The notes under the pieces were generated by a model. That model worked only from the letters and a program-made list of their open reading frames with translations, searched no databases and was not told the origin of the DNA. Positions 50,655 through 59,595 of a stretch of DNA of 64,000 nt are shown piece after piece (positions within the stretch are counted from its first letter, which is position 1; the number at the start of each line of letters is the position of its first letter). Position numbers and translations under genes: made by a program. The DNA is from Candidatus Eiseniibacteriota bacterium. GTDB lineage: Bacteria > Eisenbacteria > RBG-16-71-46. Location of the stretch: contig CAVSAC010000014.1 in the NCBI GenBank assembly GCA_963725865.1, forward strand, positions 928,001 to 992,000. Direction: 5' to 3'.

Positions 50655-53363
50655 ATGCCCATCCGCGATTCGCTCCCGCCCGTCCTGCGTGGCGAGGACG
50701 CGGCCGATCTCGCACCTGGGTCGCGCGCGCGCCTCGAGGGCCTTGCGCACGATGCCCAGACCGAGGGCGCGCTCACCCCGCTGCGGGACGAGTGCGCGGC
50801 GCGGCTGCGACAGCCGCACGCCAGCTTCGGGGTCGAATACCTGCTTGCCGCGGCCTGCGCCCTGAACGGCGAGGTGGAGCGAGCGCACCAGACCCTGCTC
50901 GCGCTGGGCGAGCGGCTCGCGGCCGCCGAACTCTGGGAGCCGCTGGCGGCGGTGGCGGAGCGCGCGCTCGACCTCGAGACGACGCGAGCCGCCGCACGAT
51001 TGCTGGTGCGCGCGCACGAGGGCCTTCGCAAGGACCCTGAGCGCATCGAGGCGATGGGCCGCGCCTGGGCTGTGATGCCGGACGATCTCGAGCTGGGGCT
51101 GCTGTTCGCGGTGCGGCTCGGCGAGGCGGGGCTCGACGACCAGCGCCGCGAGCTGCTGGTGGAGTTGATGCCGCAGTTCGCCGCGCAGTCGCGCTGGGCC
51201 GGGCTCGAGGAGGCGGCGCTCGAGTTCGCCGAGCGCGGGCACATCGAGGGGCTGTTGGCCTTGCTGCGCGTGCTCCCGCAGGTGGCCGCGCAGAATGCAT
51301 TCGCGGAGGTCCGGCAGTTGGTCGCGATCGCGTTCCCGCCGCTGGCCGCGGCGGGCCGCGCGGCCGACGTCGAGCACGAGCTGCGCGAGGTCGCGCAGGC
51401 CGCGGGCGCCAGCGATGGCGCCGAGGCGGCCGAGCCGTTCCGAGCCGCGCTGGTCGAGGCGGTGCGAGCGGGCTCCGCCGCAGCGCTACCCGATGCGGAC
51501 GCGGTGCTGGCCCAATCGGGTCTGTCGGACCCGCTGATGCCGCTGCTCGAGTCGCTGGCACGCTTCGACACCATCGCCGCGCTGGCGCCGGGTCGGCCGG
51601 TGTTTCACTCCACGTTCGGCGCCGGCCGCGTGGCGGTGAACGACGGCGAGTATGTGCTGATCGATTTCGCTCACGCGCGCGGGCACCGCATGCCGTATGC
51701 CGCGGCGGTGCGGTCGCTCGCAGCGGTGACCGAGGACGACCTGCGGCTGGTGAAGGCCACCGCCCCAGCCGAACTGGCGCGCCTGAAGGCCGAGGAGCCG
51801 GGCGAGGTGGTGGTGCGCGCGCTCAAGGCGGTCGGCGGCCAGGGCGATGCCCAGAAGCTCAAGGTGTTCCTGGTCGGTTCCGAGATCGTGCCGGCCAAGG
51901 ACTGGACCGCGTTCTGGCGCAAGGCGCGCGGCGCCGCCGAGAAGGACCCGCGCATCGACCACGCACGTGCCTTCGAGCAGCATTACCGGCTGGCGCCGGA
52001 GGGCGCGGCCATCGGAGACCGCACGCCGCTGCCGGCGATGGAGCCGCGCAAGCCGGTGCGGACGAATCTGGTCTTGCTGCGCAAGTTCCTGGCCCAGCAC
52101 CCCGGACTCGACCACGCGGTGGCGCAGCGCTTCGGGCGCTACATCGCGCGTGCGATGCACGACGAGACCGTCGACCGCGCCGAGCGGGCGCGCGCCGGGC
52201 TTTGGTTCGCGCGCTGGTTTCCCGAGCGCCGCGAGGAGTGGGCCACGGTGCTGCACGAGCTGTGGGAGCAGGGGCTGGCGGTCATCGACCTGCCGAACGA
52301 GGACGAGCAGCAGGCGCTGCTCGAGATCTCGCACGCCGTGGGCGTGGAGGCCGACGCGATCCTGTCGGGACTCGATTCCCGGTTCGCGACCGTACGCGAA
52401 TCGGCCATGCGCCTGCGCGACCAACTCGACGACGCCGGCCGCGCCGAGCTGCGTCGCACGCTGCTCCAGCGGGCGCCGCGCTATCCGACCGCGGCGCTGC
52501 GCCTGATCGACGAGATCCTCGACCAGCGCGCCGATGTGGAGACCACCTGGAAGGCGTTCCACGCGGCGCTCACGATCCTCGAGGACAAGCCAAAGCCCTC
52601 GGCCGCCGAGAAGGCCCTGCGCTGGCTCGAGGTCGAGGGCGACTTCGACGCGCACCTCGACGGCGAGGCGTGCCCCGAGGACGTGCGGCTGCGCATCCGG
52701 GTGCTGCTCCGCCAGTGGCGCTCCAGCGACCGGTACCTGTTCCCGGCCATGGAGGCCGCGGAGCGGCTGGGACTCGCCGAGGAGGCCCAGGCGGTGCGGG
52801 ACGCCCGCCAGAAGAGCACCGAGCGACTGTTCGAGGGCGTCGGCCAGCAGGCGGAGTCCAGCGACCTGCCGGTGATGACCCGCGCCACCTGGGAGCGGCT
52901 CCGCGGGGAGCTCGATCGCCTCCAGCACGAGTTGCGCACCACCATCCCGCAGACCATCCGGAAGGCGCGCGAGCTGGGCGACCTGCGCGAAAACGCCGAG
53001 TACCACTCCGCGAAGCTGAAGCAGGCGAACGTGAGCCGGCTGGTCGCGGCGCTGCAGCTCAAGGTCACGCGCGCTCGCTTCGTCGAGAACGCGGAGTACA
53101 AGGACGGCGTGGTCGGGCTCGGCACCGAGGTGGTGCTCGAGAGCCAGGACGACGTCACGACGTACTGGATCCTCGGCGAGGGCGAGCACCACCACGGCAA
53201 TCACGTGATCTCGTTCCAGACCGCGGTCGGCCGTGTGCTGATGGGGCACGCCATCGGTGACGAGGTGGAGTTGGGCGAGGGCGAGAAGCGCCGTCGCTGG
53301 CGAGTGGTGTCGATCGAGCGGCGCCTGCCGCCGGTCGACGAGGCCGCGCCGGCGAGCGAGTAG
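50655..53363 (+). CDS. greA: Long-form transcription elongation factor GreA (~902 aa, large N-terminal extension)
   Basis: C-terminal ARELGDLRENAEYHSAK and ISFQTAVG..L.G..GD; N-terminal helical repeats and a Tudor-like PGRPVFHSTFGAGRV segment. Confidence 0.88.
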   Translation: MPIRDSLPPVLRGEDAADLAPGSRARLEGLAHDAQTEGALTPLRDECAARLRQPHASFGVEYLLAAACALNGEVERAHQTLLALGERLAAAELWEPLAAVAERALDLETTRAAARLLVRAHEGLRKDPERIEAMGRAWAVMPDDLELGLLFAVRLGEAGLDDQRRELLVELMPQFAAQSRWAGLEEAALEFAERGHIEGLLALLRVLPQVAAQNAFAEVRQLVAIAFPPLAAAGRAADVEHELREVAQAAGASDGAEAAEPFRAALVEAVRAGSAAALPDADAVLAQSGLSDPLMPLLESLARFDTIAALAPGRPVFHSTFGAGRVAVNDGEYVLIDFAHARGHRMPYAAAVRSLAAVTEDDLRLVKATAPAELARLKAEEPGEVVVRALKAVGGQGDAQKLKVFLVGSEIVPAKDWTAFWRKARGAAEKDPRIDHARAFEQHYRLAPEGAAIGDRTPLPAMEPRKPVRTNLVLLRKFLAQHPGLDHAVAQRFGRYIARAMHDETVDRAERARAGLWFARWFPERREEWATVLHELWEQGLAVIDLPNEDEQQALLEISHAVGVEADAILSGLDSRFATVRESAMRLRDQLDDAGRAELRRTLLQRAPRYPTAALRLIDEILDQRADVETTWKAFHAALTILEDKPKPSAAEKALRWLEVEGDFDAHLDGEACPEDVRLRIRVLLRQWRSSDRYLFPAMEAAERLGLAEEAQAVRDARQKSTERLFEGVGQQAESSDLPVMTRATWERLRGELDRLQHELRTTIPQTIRKARELGDLRENAEYHSAKLKQANVSRLVAALQLKVTRARFVENAEYKDGVVGLGTEVVLESQDDVTTYWILGEGEHHHGNHVISFQTAVGRVLMGHAIGDEVELGEGEKRRRWRVVSIERRLPPVDEAAPASE

Positions 53364-53529
53364 CGTCGCGCGCGTTCACGCGCCGCGCACCGGATGTGCA
53401 CCGAAATCCGCACACTCGCATCCGCGCGTCGCGACGCCATGACGCGCGCGTGTAGCGCGAGCGTCGCGCCTTGTCAAGCGCGCTCGAACGACGTTCGTCA
53501 CGAACATGCACGCGCCGACAAAAACACAT

Positions 53530-53558
53530 TTGTCGTGCGTCTCCCGTCGCGCTATGGT
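53530..53558 (+). promoter_or_regulatory. sigma70-type promoter
   Basis: TTGTCG-N17-TATGGT. Confidence 0.6.
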
Positions 53559-53564
53559 GCCCCG

Positions 53565-53768
53565 CGACGATTGACCGGCTCACATCACGCACGGAGCGCG
53601 ACGTGAGCGACCACCGACATCGCATGCAGACGCGCCCGAGATCGAGCGCCCCCGAATCGCTCGTGGTGGGCGGCGAAGACATTGAAGTTTGGCCGCAACC
53701 GTTCAGGCGGTCCGCGGATCGCCCTACGTTGGGTCGGAAAGGGAATTCCCGCCGCCCACCCTTCTTCG
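53565..53768 (+). ncRNA. Candidate structured leader/ncRNA upstream of the B3/4 gene
   Basis: 11-bp closing stem GGTGGGCGGCG/CGCCGCCCACC enclosing several hairpins, followed by CTTCTT; upstream GCTCAC/GTGAGC hairpin. Confidence 0.45.
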
Positions 53769-53831
53769 TGCTCCGCGCCGCGGAGCGCGAAGGCCGACGC
53801 GCCGGCTGAGCGCGGGCCCGGTTCGTACGCC

Positions 53832-54518
53832 ATGTCGCTCCAGGCCCGTCTCCAGTCGCTGCCGCTCGTGGTGGACGATGCACTGCGAGGTACCGTCGCA
53901 ATCGGCGTGCTCGAGGCCGACGGTGTGCGTCAGGACCCGCTCCCCGCGGAGTTCACGGCCGAGCGCGAACAGTTCGAGACCCACCTCATCCAGCAATACG
54001 GATCGCGCACGCCCGCCGACATCCCGGGCGTCGCCGAGACCCGCGCCCTGTTCCACCGCCTCGACATCGATCCCACGAAGACGCGCCCGAGCAGCGAAGC
54101 GCTGCTGCGGCGCGTGCTGCAGGGCAAGGGCCTGCCGACGGTGCTCCCGGCGGTCGACGTGTGCAATTTGTGCTCGCTGGAGTCGCAGATCCCGCTCGGG
54201 CTCTACGACCGCGAACGGGTGCGGGCGTCGATCCGGGTGCGGGTCGGCCGCCCCGGCGAGGGCTATGCCGGGATCCGCAAGCAACGGGTCAACCTGGCGG
54301 GCCGGCTGCTGCTGGCCGACGAGGACGGGGCCTTCGGGGCACCGACCTCGGACTCCCTCCACACCGCCGTCACCGAGACCACGCAGCGCCTTCTGGTGGT
54401 GCTGTTCTGCCCGCCCGAACGGGCCGCCAGCGATCTCTCGGGGGCGATGGAGCACCTCGCCGACCGCCTCGGCCGCTACTGCGGAGCCACCCTGAGCGCC
54501 GTGCGTATCGTGCAATAA
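53832..54518 (+). CDS. Stand-alone B3/4 (PheRS-beta editing-like) domain protein
   Basis: DPTKTRPSSEALLRR, VD.CN..S...P.GLYD and D..G.FG.P..DS motifs. Confidence 0.88.
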   Translation: MSLQARLQSLPLVVDDALRGTVAIGVLEADGVRQDPLPAEFTAEREQFETHLIQQYGSRTPADIPGVAETRALFHRLDIDPTKTRPSSEALLRRVLQGKGLPTVLPAVDVCNLCSLESQIPLGLYDRERVRASIRVRVGRPGEGYAGIRKQRVNLAGRLLLADEDGAFGAPTSDSLHTAVTETTQRLLVVLFCPPERAASDLSGAMEHLADRLGRYCGATLSAVRIVQ

Positions 54519-54647
54519 GCCGCGCGCGCGGGCCTTCATGCCGCTTGACCCGCGACGAAGGCGGTCCCTAGAGTCGCCGACGCACATCGCTCCCTGCCGT
54601 TCCCGTGGATGGCTCCGCGCCCGCCTGGAGCCGAGGAGGATTCCCTG

Positions 54648-55199
54648 ATGAAGCGTTACTTCGGACTGGCGCTGATCGCGCTCGCCCTGGCCGTGGCCGC
54701 GCCCCGCGCGCAGGCAGTCTCGGTGGGGGCCGAGGCGTTCGGCGGAATGAGCATCCCGATCCTGCAGGACGACTCCGATCAGGGCTCGGTGTTCGGCGTC
54801 CGCGTCCCGGTCGCCGTGCTGCCGATGCTCACGGCCGAGCCGTGGATCGCGAAGTCGGCGCTCGGCAACAAGAGCGTGACGATCGCCAACATCGGCTACG
54901 AGCGCGACGGCGGCGACCTGACGGCGTTCGGACTCAACGCGCGCCTCGGCGGCGTCACCGGCCCGGGCGTCTCGTTCTTCCCGTACGCCGGAATCGGTTC
55001 GTTCAAGCTCACGCGCTCCGGCTCGGAGGACATCAGCAAGGTCGGCTACGACGTGGGCCTCGGCCTCACGCTGACACCCGCGCCCAAGTTCGGGATCGGC
55101 CTGCGCGGCCAGTTCGACATGATCCCGACCGGCGACACCTCGCGGAAGTACGGCGAGGTGCAGCTCGGCCTGTCCTATTCCTTCCTGACCCTGCCGTGA
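54648..55199 (+). CDS. Outer-membrane beta-barrel (OmpA-like transmembrane) protein
   Basis: GAGGAGG RBS, signal peptide ending AQA, PYAGIG strand, C-terminal LGLSYSF; TTGACC-N18-TAGAGT promoter at 54545-54574. Confidence 0.8.
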   Translation: MKRYFGLALIALALAVAAPRAQAVSVGAEAFGGMSIPILQDDSDQGSVFGVRVPVAVLPMLTAEPWIAKSALGNKSVTIANIGYERDGGDLTAFGLNARLGGVTGPGVSFFPYAGIGSFKLTRSGSEDISKVGYDVGLGLTLTPAPKFGIGLRGQFDMIPTGDTSRKYGEVQLGLSYSFLTLP

Positions 55200-55213
55200 G
55201 GAGGCGAACCGCG

Positions 55214-55768
55214 ATGAAGACGCTCCGCTACGCTCTGCCCCTGCTCGCGCTCGCCGGACTACTGTCGTCGGGGTGCATCCTGACGTCGGCGCAGATCATG
55301 GCGACGTACGACCTGCCTGATCCGTTCGAGGTGACGAATACGCTCGCGCTCAACCACATCGACGTGGACCTGAACACGATCAGCGACTACGCGGACAACA
55401 AGGACAAGTTGAAGGACGTCGTGGACCTGGCGATCCTCGGCAAGTTCGAGAACCGGACCGGCAGCCCGGCCGGGACTCTGACCGTCTACATGACGCCCAC
55501 GTTCACTACGCACACCACGATCGGCCAGGTCACCGGCGACCCGAGCGCGGTGAAGATCTGGGGGCCGTTCGCGCTCCCGGCCGGCTCGTCGACCACCGGC
55601 ATCACGTGGGACGACTCCGCTGCGTTGTTCGGCGCCGGCAAGCAGGCCCTCATCGACGAGGTCAAGGGCGACGGGAAGTTCTCGCTCTATGCGATCGCGT
55701 CGACCGGCACGTACGACATCGAGATCAAGAACGGCGCGCTGGTGGTGGTGCTCGACGGCGGCCTGTGA
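55214..55768 (+). CDS. Hypothetical lipoprotein
   Basis: GAGGAGG RBS; lipobox LSSGC; beta-rich body. Confidence 0.78.
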   Translation: MKTLRYALPLLALAGLLSSGCILTSAQIMATYDLPDPFEVTNTLALNHIDVDLNTISDYADNKDKLKDVVDLAILGKFENRTGSPAGTLTVYMTPTFTTHTTIGQVTGDPSAVKIWGPFALPAGSSTTGITWDDSAALFGAGKQALIDEVKGDGKFSLYAIASTGTYDIEIKNGALVVVLDGGL

Positions 55769-55799
55769 GCCGCGTCGGCGTCTGAAGCCGGAAGATGCC

Positions 55800-55830
55800 G
55801 CCGCCGGGCTCGCGATGCGGGCCCGGCGGC
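55800..55830. terminator. Hairpin between convergent genes
   Basis: GCCGCCGGGCTCGC/GCGGGCCCGGCGGC 14-bp stem. Confidence 0.65.
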
Positions 55831-55901
55831 GATCGTCTTAGGCGGCGCATCCGGGCACGCGGCGTGTGGCGCCCCGAGCGCCGGCCGTCCCGCGCGGCCG
55901 C

Positions 55902-57638
55902 TCAGCCCCGCCAGCCGTTCGTGATCGGCAGCCGCCGGTCCTTCCCGAACGCGCGCGGCGTGATCTTGATCCCCGGCGGACTCTGGCGGCGCTTGTACTC
56001 CGCCAGATCGACCATGCGCGCGACGCGCCGCACGGTGGGTTCGTCGTGCCCTTCCGCCGCGATCTCGGCGATCGCACGGTCCTCCTCGACGTACTGGCGC
56101 AGGATCTCATCGAGCACGTCGTAGGGCGGCAGCGTGTCCTGGTCGGTCTGGTCGGGCTTGAGCTCCGCGGTCGGCGGCCGCGTGAGGATGCGCTCCGGGA
56201 TCACCGGCGCCGGACCCAGCGCGTTACGGTGCCGTGCGAGCGCATAGACCATGGTCTTGTACACGTCCTTCAGCACCGCGAACCCGCCGGCGGTGTCCCC
56301 GTAGAGCGTGCTGTAGCCCACCGACGTCTCGCTCTTGTTGCCGGTGGTCAGCACCAGCCAGCCGAACTTGTTCGAGAGCGCCATCAGGTAATTGCCGCGG
56401 ATGCGCGCCTGCAGGTTCTCCTCGGTGATGTCGGCCGCCTTGCCAGCGAACGCGCCGGCGAGCGCGCTCCGGTAGGCGTCGAACACCTCGCCGATCGGAA
56501 TGGTCTGGAGGCGCGTGCCGAGCGCGCGCGCGAGGGTCTCGGCGTCCTCTCGCGAGATGGCCGACGTGTAGCCCGACGGCATGCTCACGCCAACGACTTG
56601 CTCGGCGCCGATCGCGTCGGCGGCGATGCAGGCGGTCAGCGCCGAGTCGATCCCGCCGGAGAGCCCCAGCACCACGGTTGTGAACCCGTTCTTGCGCACG
56701 TAGTCGCCGGTGCCCAGCACCAGGCCCTCGTACACCTCGGCCGCGAGCGGGATCTCCGGCAGCGGCGCACGCGCCGGCAGCGGGGGCGGCGGAGCTGCGG
56801 CCGTGGCCGGTGGCGGCACCTCGATGCGTATCGCGTCGAGGCCGTGGCCGGCCGTGCGGCCCTTGCGCAGGCGCGAGTCGTGGAGCCGGATGCCGAACAC
56901 TTCGTCGATGTCGACGTCCGCCACCACGAGGTCCTCGCGGAAGCGAGCCCCCTCGGCCAGTACGGTGCCAGTCTGGTCCACGATCAGGCTCCCGCCGTCG
57001 TACAGGATCTCGTCCTGGCCGCCGACCAGGTTCACGTAGCACACGATCGCGAGGTTATCGGTCGCGCGCGTGCACAGCATGCGGCGGCGCTGCTCGGCCT
57101 TGCCGGCGTAGTAGGGCGAGGCCGAGAGGTTGACGAGGATCTCGGCGCCTCCGCGCATCACCTGGTCCTCGACCGGGCCGCCCGGGTACCAGATGTCCTC
57201 GCAGATGTTCACCCCGATCACCGCCTCTCCGCGCGCGAACACCGGATTGCGGGTGCCGGGCATGAAGTAGCGGTTTTCGTCGAACACGCCGTAGTTGGGC
57301 AGGAAGCGCTTGCGGTAGGTCCCCATCCAGGCGCCGTCGTGGAGCACCGCAGCGGCGTTGTACAGGTCTCCGTCGCGCTCCACCGATCCGACGATCACCG
57401 TCATCCCGACGGTGTCTGGAACCAGCGCCCGGGTCGAGGCGACCGCGCGATCGATGAACGAGGGCTTGAGCAGCAAGTCCTCCGGCGGGTAGCCGGTGAC
57501 CATCATCTCGGGAAACGCGAGCACGTCGACGCCGAGTGCGCGGGCGCGTGCGATGCCGTCGCGGATCCGACGGACGTTGCCCTCGAGATCGCCGACCGTG
57601 GGGTTGGTCTGGCACAGACCGAGGCGGAGAGGTCGCAT
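55902..57638 (-). CDS. nadE: Glutamine-dependent NAD+ synthetase
   Basis: Nitrilase domain (FPE, GYPPEDL, ICEDIW) fused to synthetase domain (GLSGGIDS, ENLQAR, TGNKSE, AEYKR); start MRPLRLG. Confidence 0.95.
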   Translation of the reverse strand: MRPLRLGLCQTNPTVGDLEGNVRRIRDGIARARALGVDVLAFPEMMVTGYPPEDLLLKPSFIDRAVASTRALVPDTVGMTVIVGSVERDGDLYNAAAVLHDGAWMGTYRKRFLPNYGVFDENRYFMPGTRNPVFARGEAVIGVNICEDIWYPGGPVEDQVMRGGAEILVNLSASPYYAGKAEQRRRMLCTRATDNLAIVCYVNLVGGQDEILYDGGSLIVDQTGTVLAEGARFREDLVVADVDIDEVFGIRLHDSRLRKGRTAGHGLDAIRIEVPPPATAAAPPPPLPARAPLPEIPLAAEVYEGLVLGTGDYVRKNGFTTVVLGLSGGIDSALTACIAADAIGAEQVVGVSMPSGYTSAISREDAETLARALGTRLQTIPIGEVFDAYRSALAGAFAGKAADITEENLQARIRGNYLMALSNKFGWLVLTTGNKSETSVGYSTLYGDTAGGFAVLKDVYKTMVYALARHRNALGPAPVIPERILTRPPTAELKPDQTDQDTLPPYDVLDEILRQYVEEDRAIAEIAAEGHDEPTVRRVARMVDLAEYKRRQSPPGIKITPRAFGKDRRLPITNGWRG

Positions 57639-57723
57639 GGGTGCGCGATAGTGCCCGCCCGCCCGAGGACGTGCAAGCGGTGCGGGCGCGCGCTCCGCGG
57701 CGGCGGCGCGGGCCGCGCGGGAG

Positions 57724-57981
57724 AAAACGAAAACGCCCGGCATGGACCGGGCGATCCCGTTTTGGTCGCGGGTCTGCAGGCCCGCTTGCCGAGAGAGAGG
57801 ATGCGGGCCCCAGCGCTTGATGCCGGAGCCCCACCTCCGACCCGATCCGACGCGGGGGTCCAGAGACCCTGCTTTCGCGACGCCGGACGGGCTCTCGATC
57901 TCGACCGCCGGGTCACGGCCCGGCAGCATGAGGAGTTAGAGCAAGACCCGTTCCGCATGGAACGGGGCTCACGTCCACCCG
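57724..57981 (-). ncRNA. Candidate ~260-nt structured sRNA with its own promoter and terminator
   Basis: TTGGCT-N18-(TGC)GACAAT promoter at 57988-58017; multiple hairpins; terminator CGCCCGG/CCGGGCG followed by TTTTCGTTTT. Confidence 0.55.
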
Positions 57982-58137
57982 TAAACCATTGTCGCAACGT
58001 GAACCCCCGGTAGCCAAGGGGAAAAACGCGTCGTCCCTCCGATGCGGACGCACAGAAACTGGCAGGCGGAACGCCACACCGAGCCTCCGGGCGCCACACC
58101 CCGCGCCCCCCGCCGGGCCCCCCCGGCCCCGGGGCGA

Positions 58138-59595
58138 TCAGTCCGCCGGGGAGGCGGTCGGCGCGTGCGGCTGAAGGAGCACCAGCGCGAACCCCGCCGC
58201 GCCCAGCGCCGCCATGACCAGGTAGGAGTCGTGGGTCGCGTGCGAGAGCGCCGCGGGGTCGAGCGCCGCCGTGTGCGCCGACAGGGCCCCGCCGCCGTGG
58301 GCGGCGTAGCGCGAAGCCGCCAGCGCCGCCATCACCGCCGCGCCACTCGCGAAACCCAGGTTCCGCATCGTGGCCTGCAGGCCGGACGCCATGCCCAGCA
58401 GCTCGCGCGGGACGAACGAGAGCAGCGCGCTCGAGTTGGGCACCATGAAGAGCCCCTGCCCGGTGCCGATCAGCGCCATGCCGCCCAGGATGGCGGCCGG
58501 ATTCGGACGCGCCTCGACCTGCGCCAGCAGCCAGAAGCCGAAGGCGGTCAGCGCCATCCCGAACGCGGCGACCGGCTTGGTGCCGATGCGGTCGGCGTAA
58601 CGCCCGGCGAGCGGCGAGAAGATCAGCGCGGTGACCGGCATCATCGCGAGCCAGCGCCCGGTGGCCGCGGCGTCGAGGTGCAGCACCCCCTCGAGGTAGA
58701 GCGGCAGATGGAAGCCGACGGTCACACCCAGCAGGTGGGAGAGCAGTGTGAGCGAGACGGCGAGACCGAGCGGACCGCGCACCACGCGGCCCGGCAGCAA
58801 CGGCTCGGCGGAGCGGTGCTCGACCAGCGAGAACAGCACCATCAACAGCACGGCGAGCCCGAACAGGCCTTCGACGTAGGGGTGCGTCCAGCCGTCCGCG
58901 GGTCCGCGCGAGAGCCCGAGCATCAGCGCGAACAGCGCGCCGCACCAGAGCGCGGCCGCGCCGAGGTCGAGCCGCACCTTCGCGCGGATCGGCGGATCGT
59001 CGGGCACGCGTGTCTGCAGCAGCCAGAACGCGAGCAATCCGATCGGAAGGTTGATGAAGAACAGCCACCGCCACGACCAGTGGCCGATGATGAGGCCGCC
59101 GAGCGGCGTGCCGACCGCGAGCCCGATCCCCACCACCGCTCCGAACGCCCCCAGCGCCTTGCCGCGCTCCGCGCCCGGGAACGAGCTCACCAGCAGCGCC
59201 GCACTGTTCGCCGACATCATCGCGGCGCCGAGGCCCTGCAGCGCGCGCGCCGCGATCAGCCAGGTCGCGGACTGCGCCGCGCCGCACAGCGCCGACGCGG
59301 TCACGAACAGCAGCAGTCCGGTGCCGTAGATGCGGCGCCGCCCGATCTGATCGGCGAGCCGGCCGAGCGAGAGCAGCAGGCCGGTGATGGTGACGACGTA
59401 GGCGAGCACCACCCACTCGATGGTGGTCAATGGCACTCCGAACGCCCGCGAGAGCGTCGGCAGCGCGATGTTCACCACGCTGACGTCGAGCGTGGCCATC
59501 GCCACGCCGAGAGCCAGCGGAGGGAACGTGCGCCATCGCGGCAGCGCCGCGCCCGACTCGAAGATCGAACCGCCGGCGGCCGGTGGGTCGCTCAC
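58138..59595 (-). CDS. MFS drug:H+ antiporter (DHA2-like)
   Basis: LDVSVVNIALP, GRLADQIGRR and WRWLFFINLPIG motifs; about 14 TM; GTG start coupled to the upstream stop. Confidence 0.9.
   Translation of the reverse strand: MSDPPAAGGSIFESGAALPRWRTFPPLALGVAMATLDVSVVNIALPTLSRAFGVPLTTIEWVVLAYVVTITGLLLSLGRLADQIGRRRIYGTGLLLFVTASALCGAAQSATWLIAARALQGLGAAMMSANSAALLVSSFPGAERGKALGAFGAVVGIGLAVGTPLGGLIIGHWSWRWLFFINLPIGLLAFWLLQTRVPDDPPIRAKVRLDLGAAALWCGALFALMLGLSRGPADGWTHPYVEGLFGLAVLLMVLFSLVEHRSAEPLLPGRVVRGPLGLAVSLTLLSHLLGVTVGFHLPLYLEGVLHLDAAATGRWLAMMPVTALIFSPLAGRYADRIGTKPVAAFGMALTAFGFWLLAQVEARPNPAAILGGMALIGTGQGLFMVPNSSALLSFVPRELLGMASGLQATMRNLGFASGAAVMAALAASRYAAHGGGALSAHTAALDPAALSHATHDSYLVMAALGAAGFALVLLQPHAPTASPAD

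Noticed and set aside
57938..58020. Plus-strand resemblance to a c-di-GMP-I riboswitch (GCAAGAC-stem...TAAACCATTG...GGTAGC)
   Set aside because: No GNRA tetraloop or GCAAAG core, and no downstream plus-strand gene.
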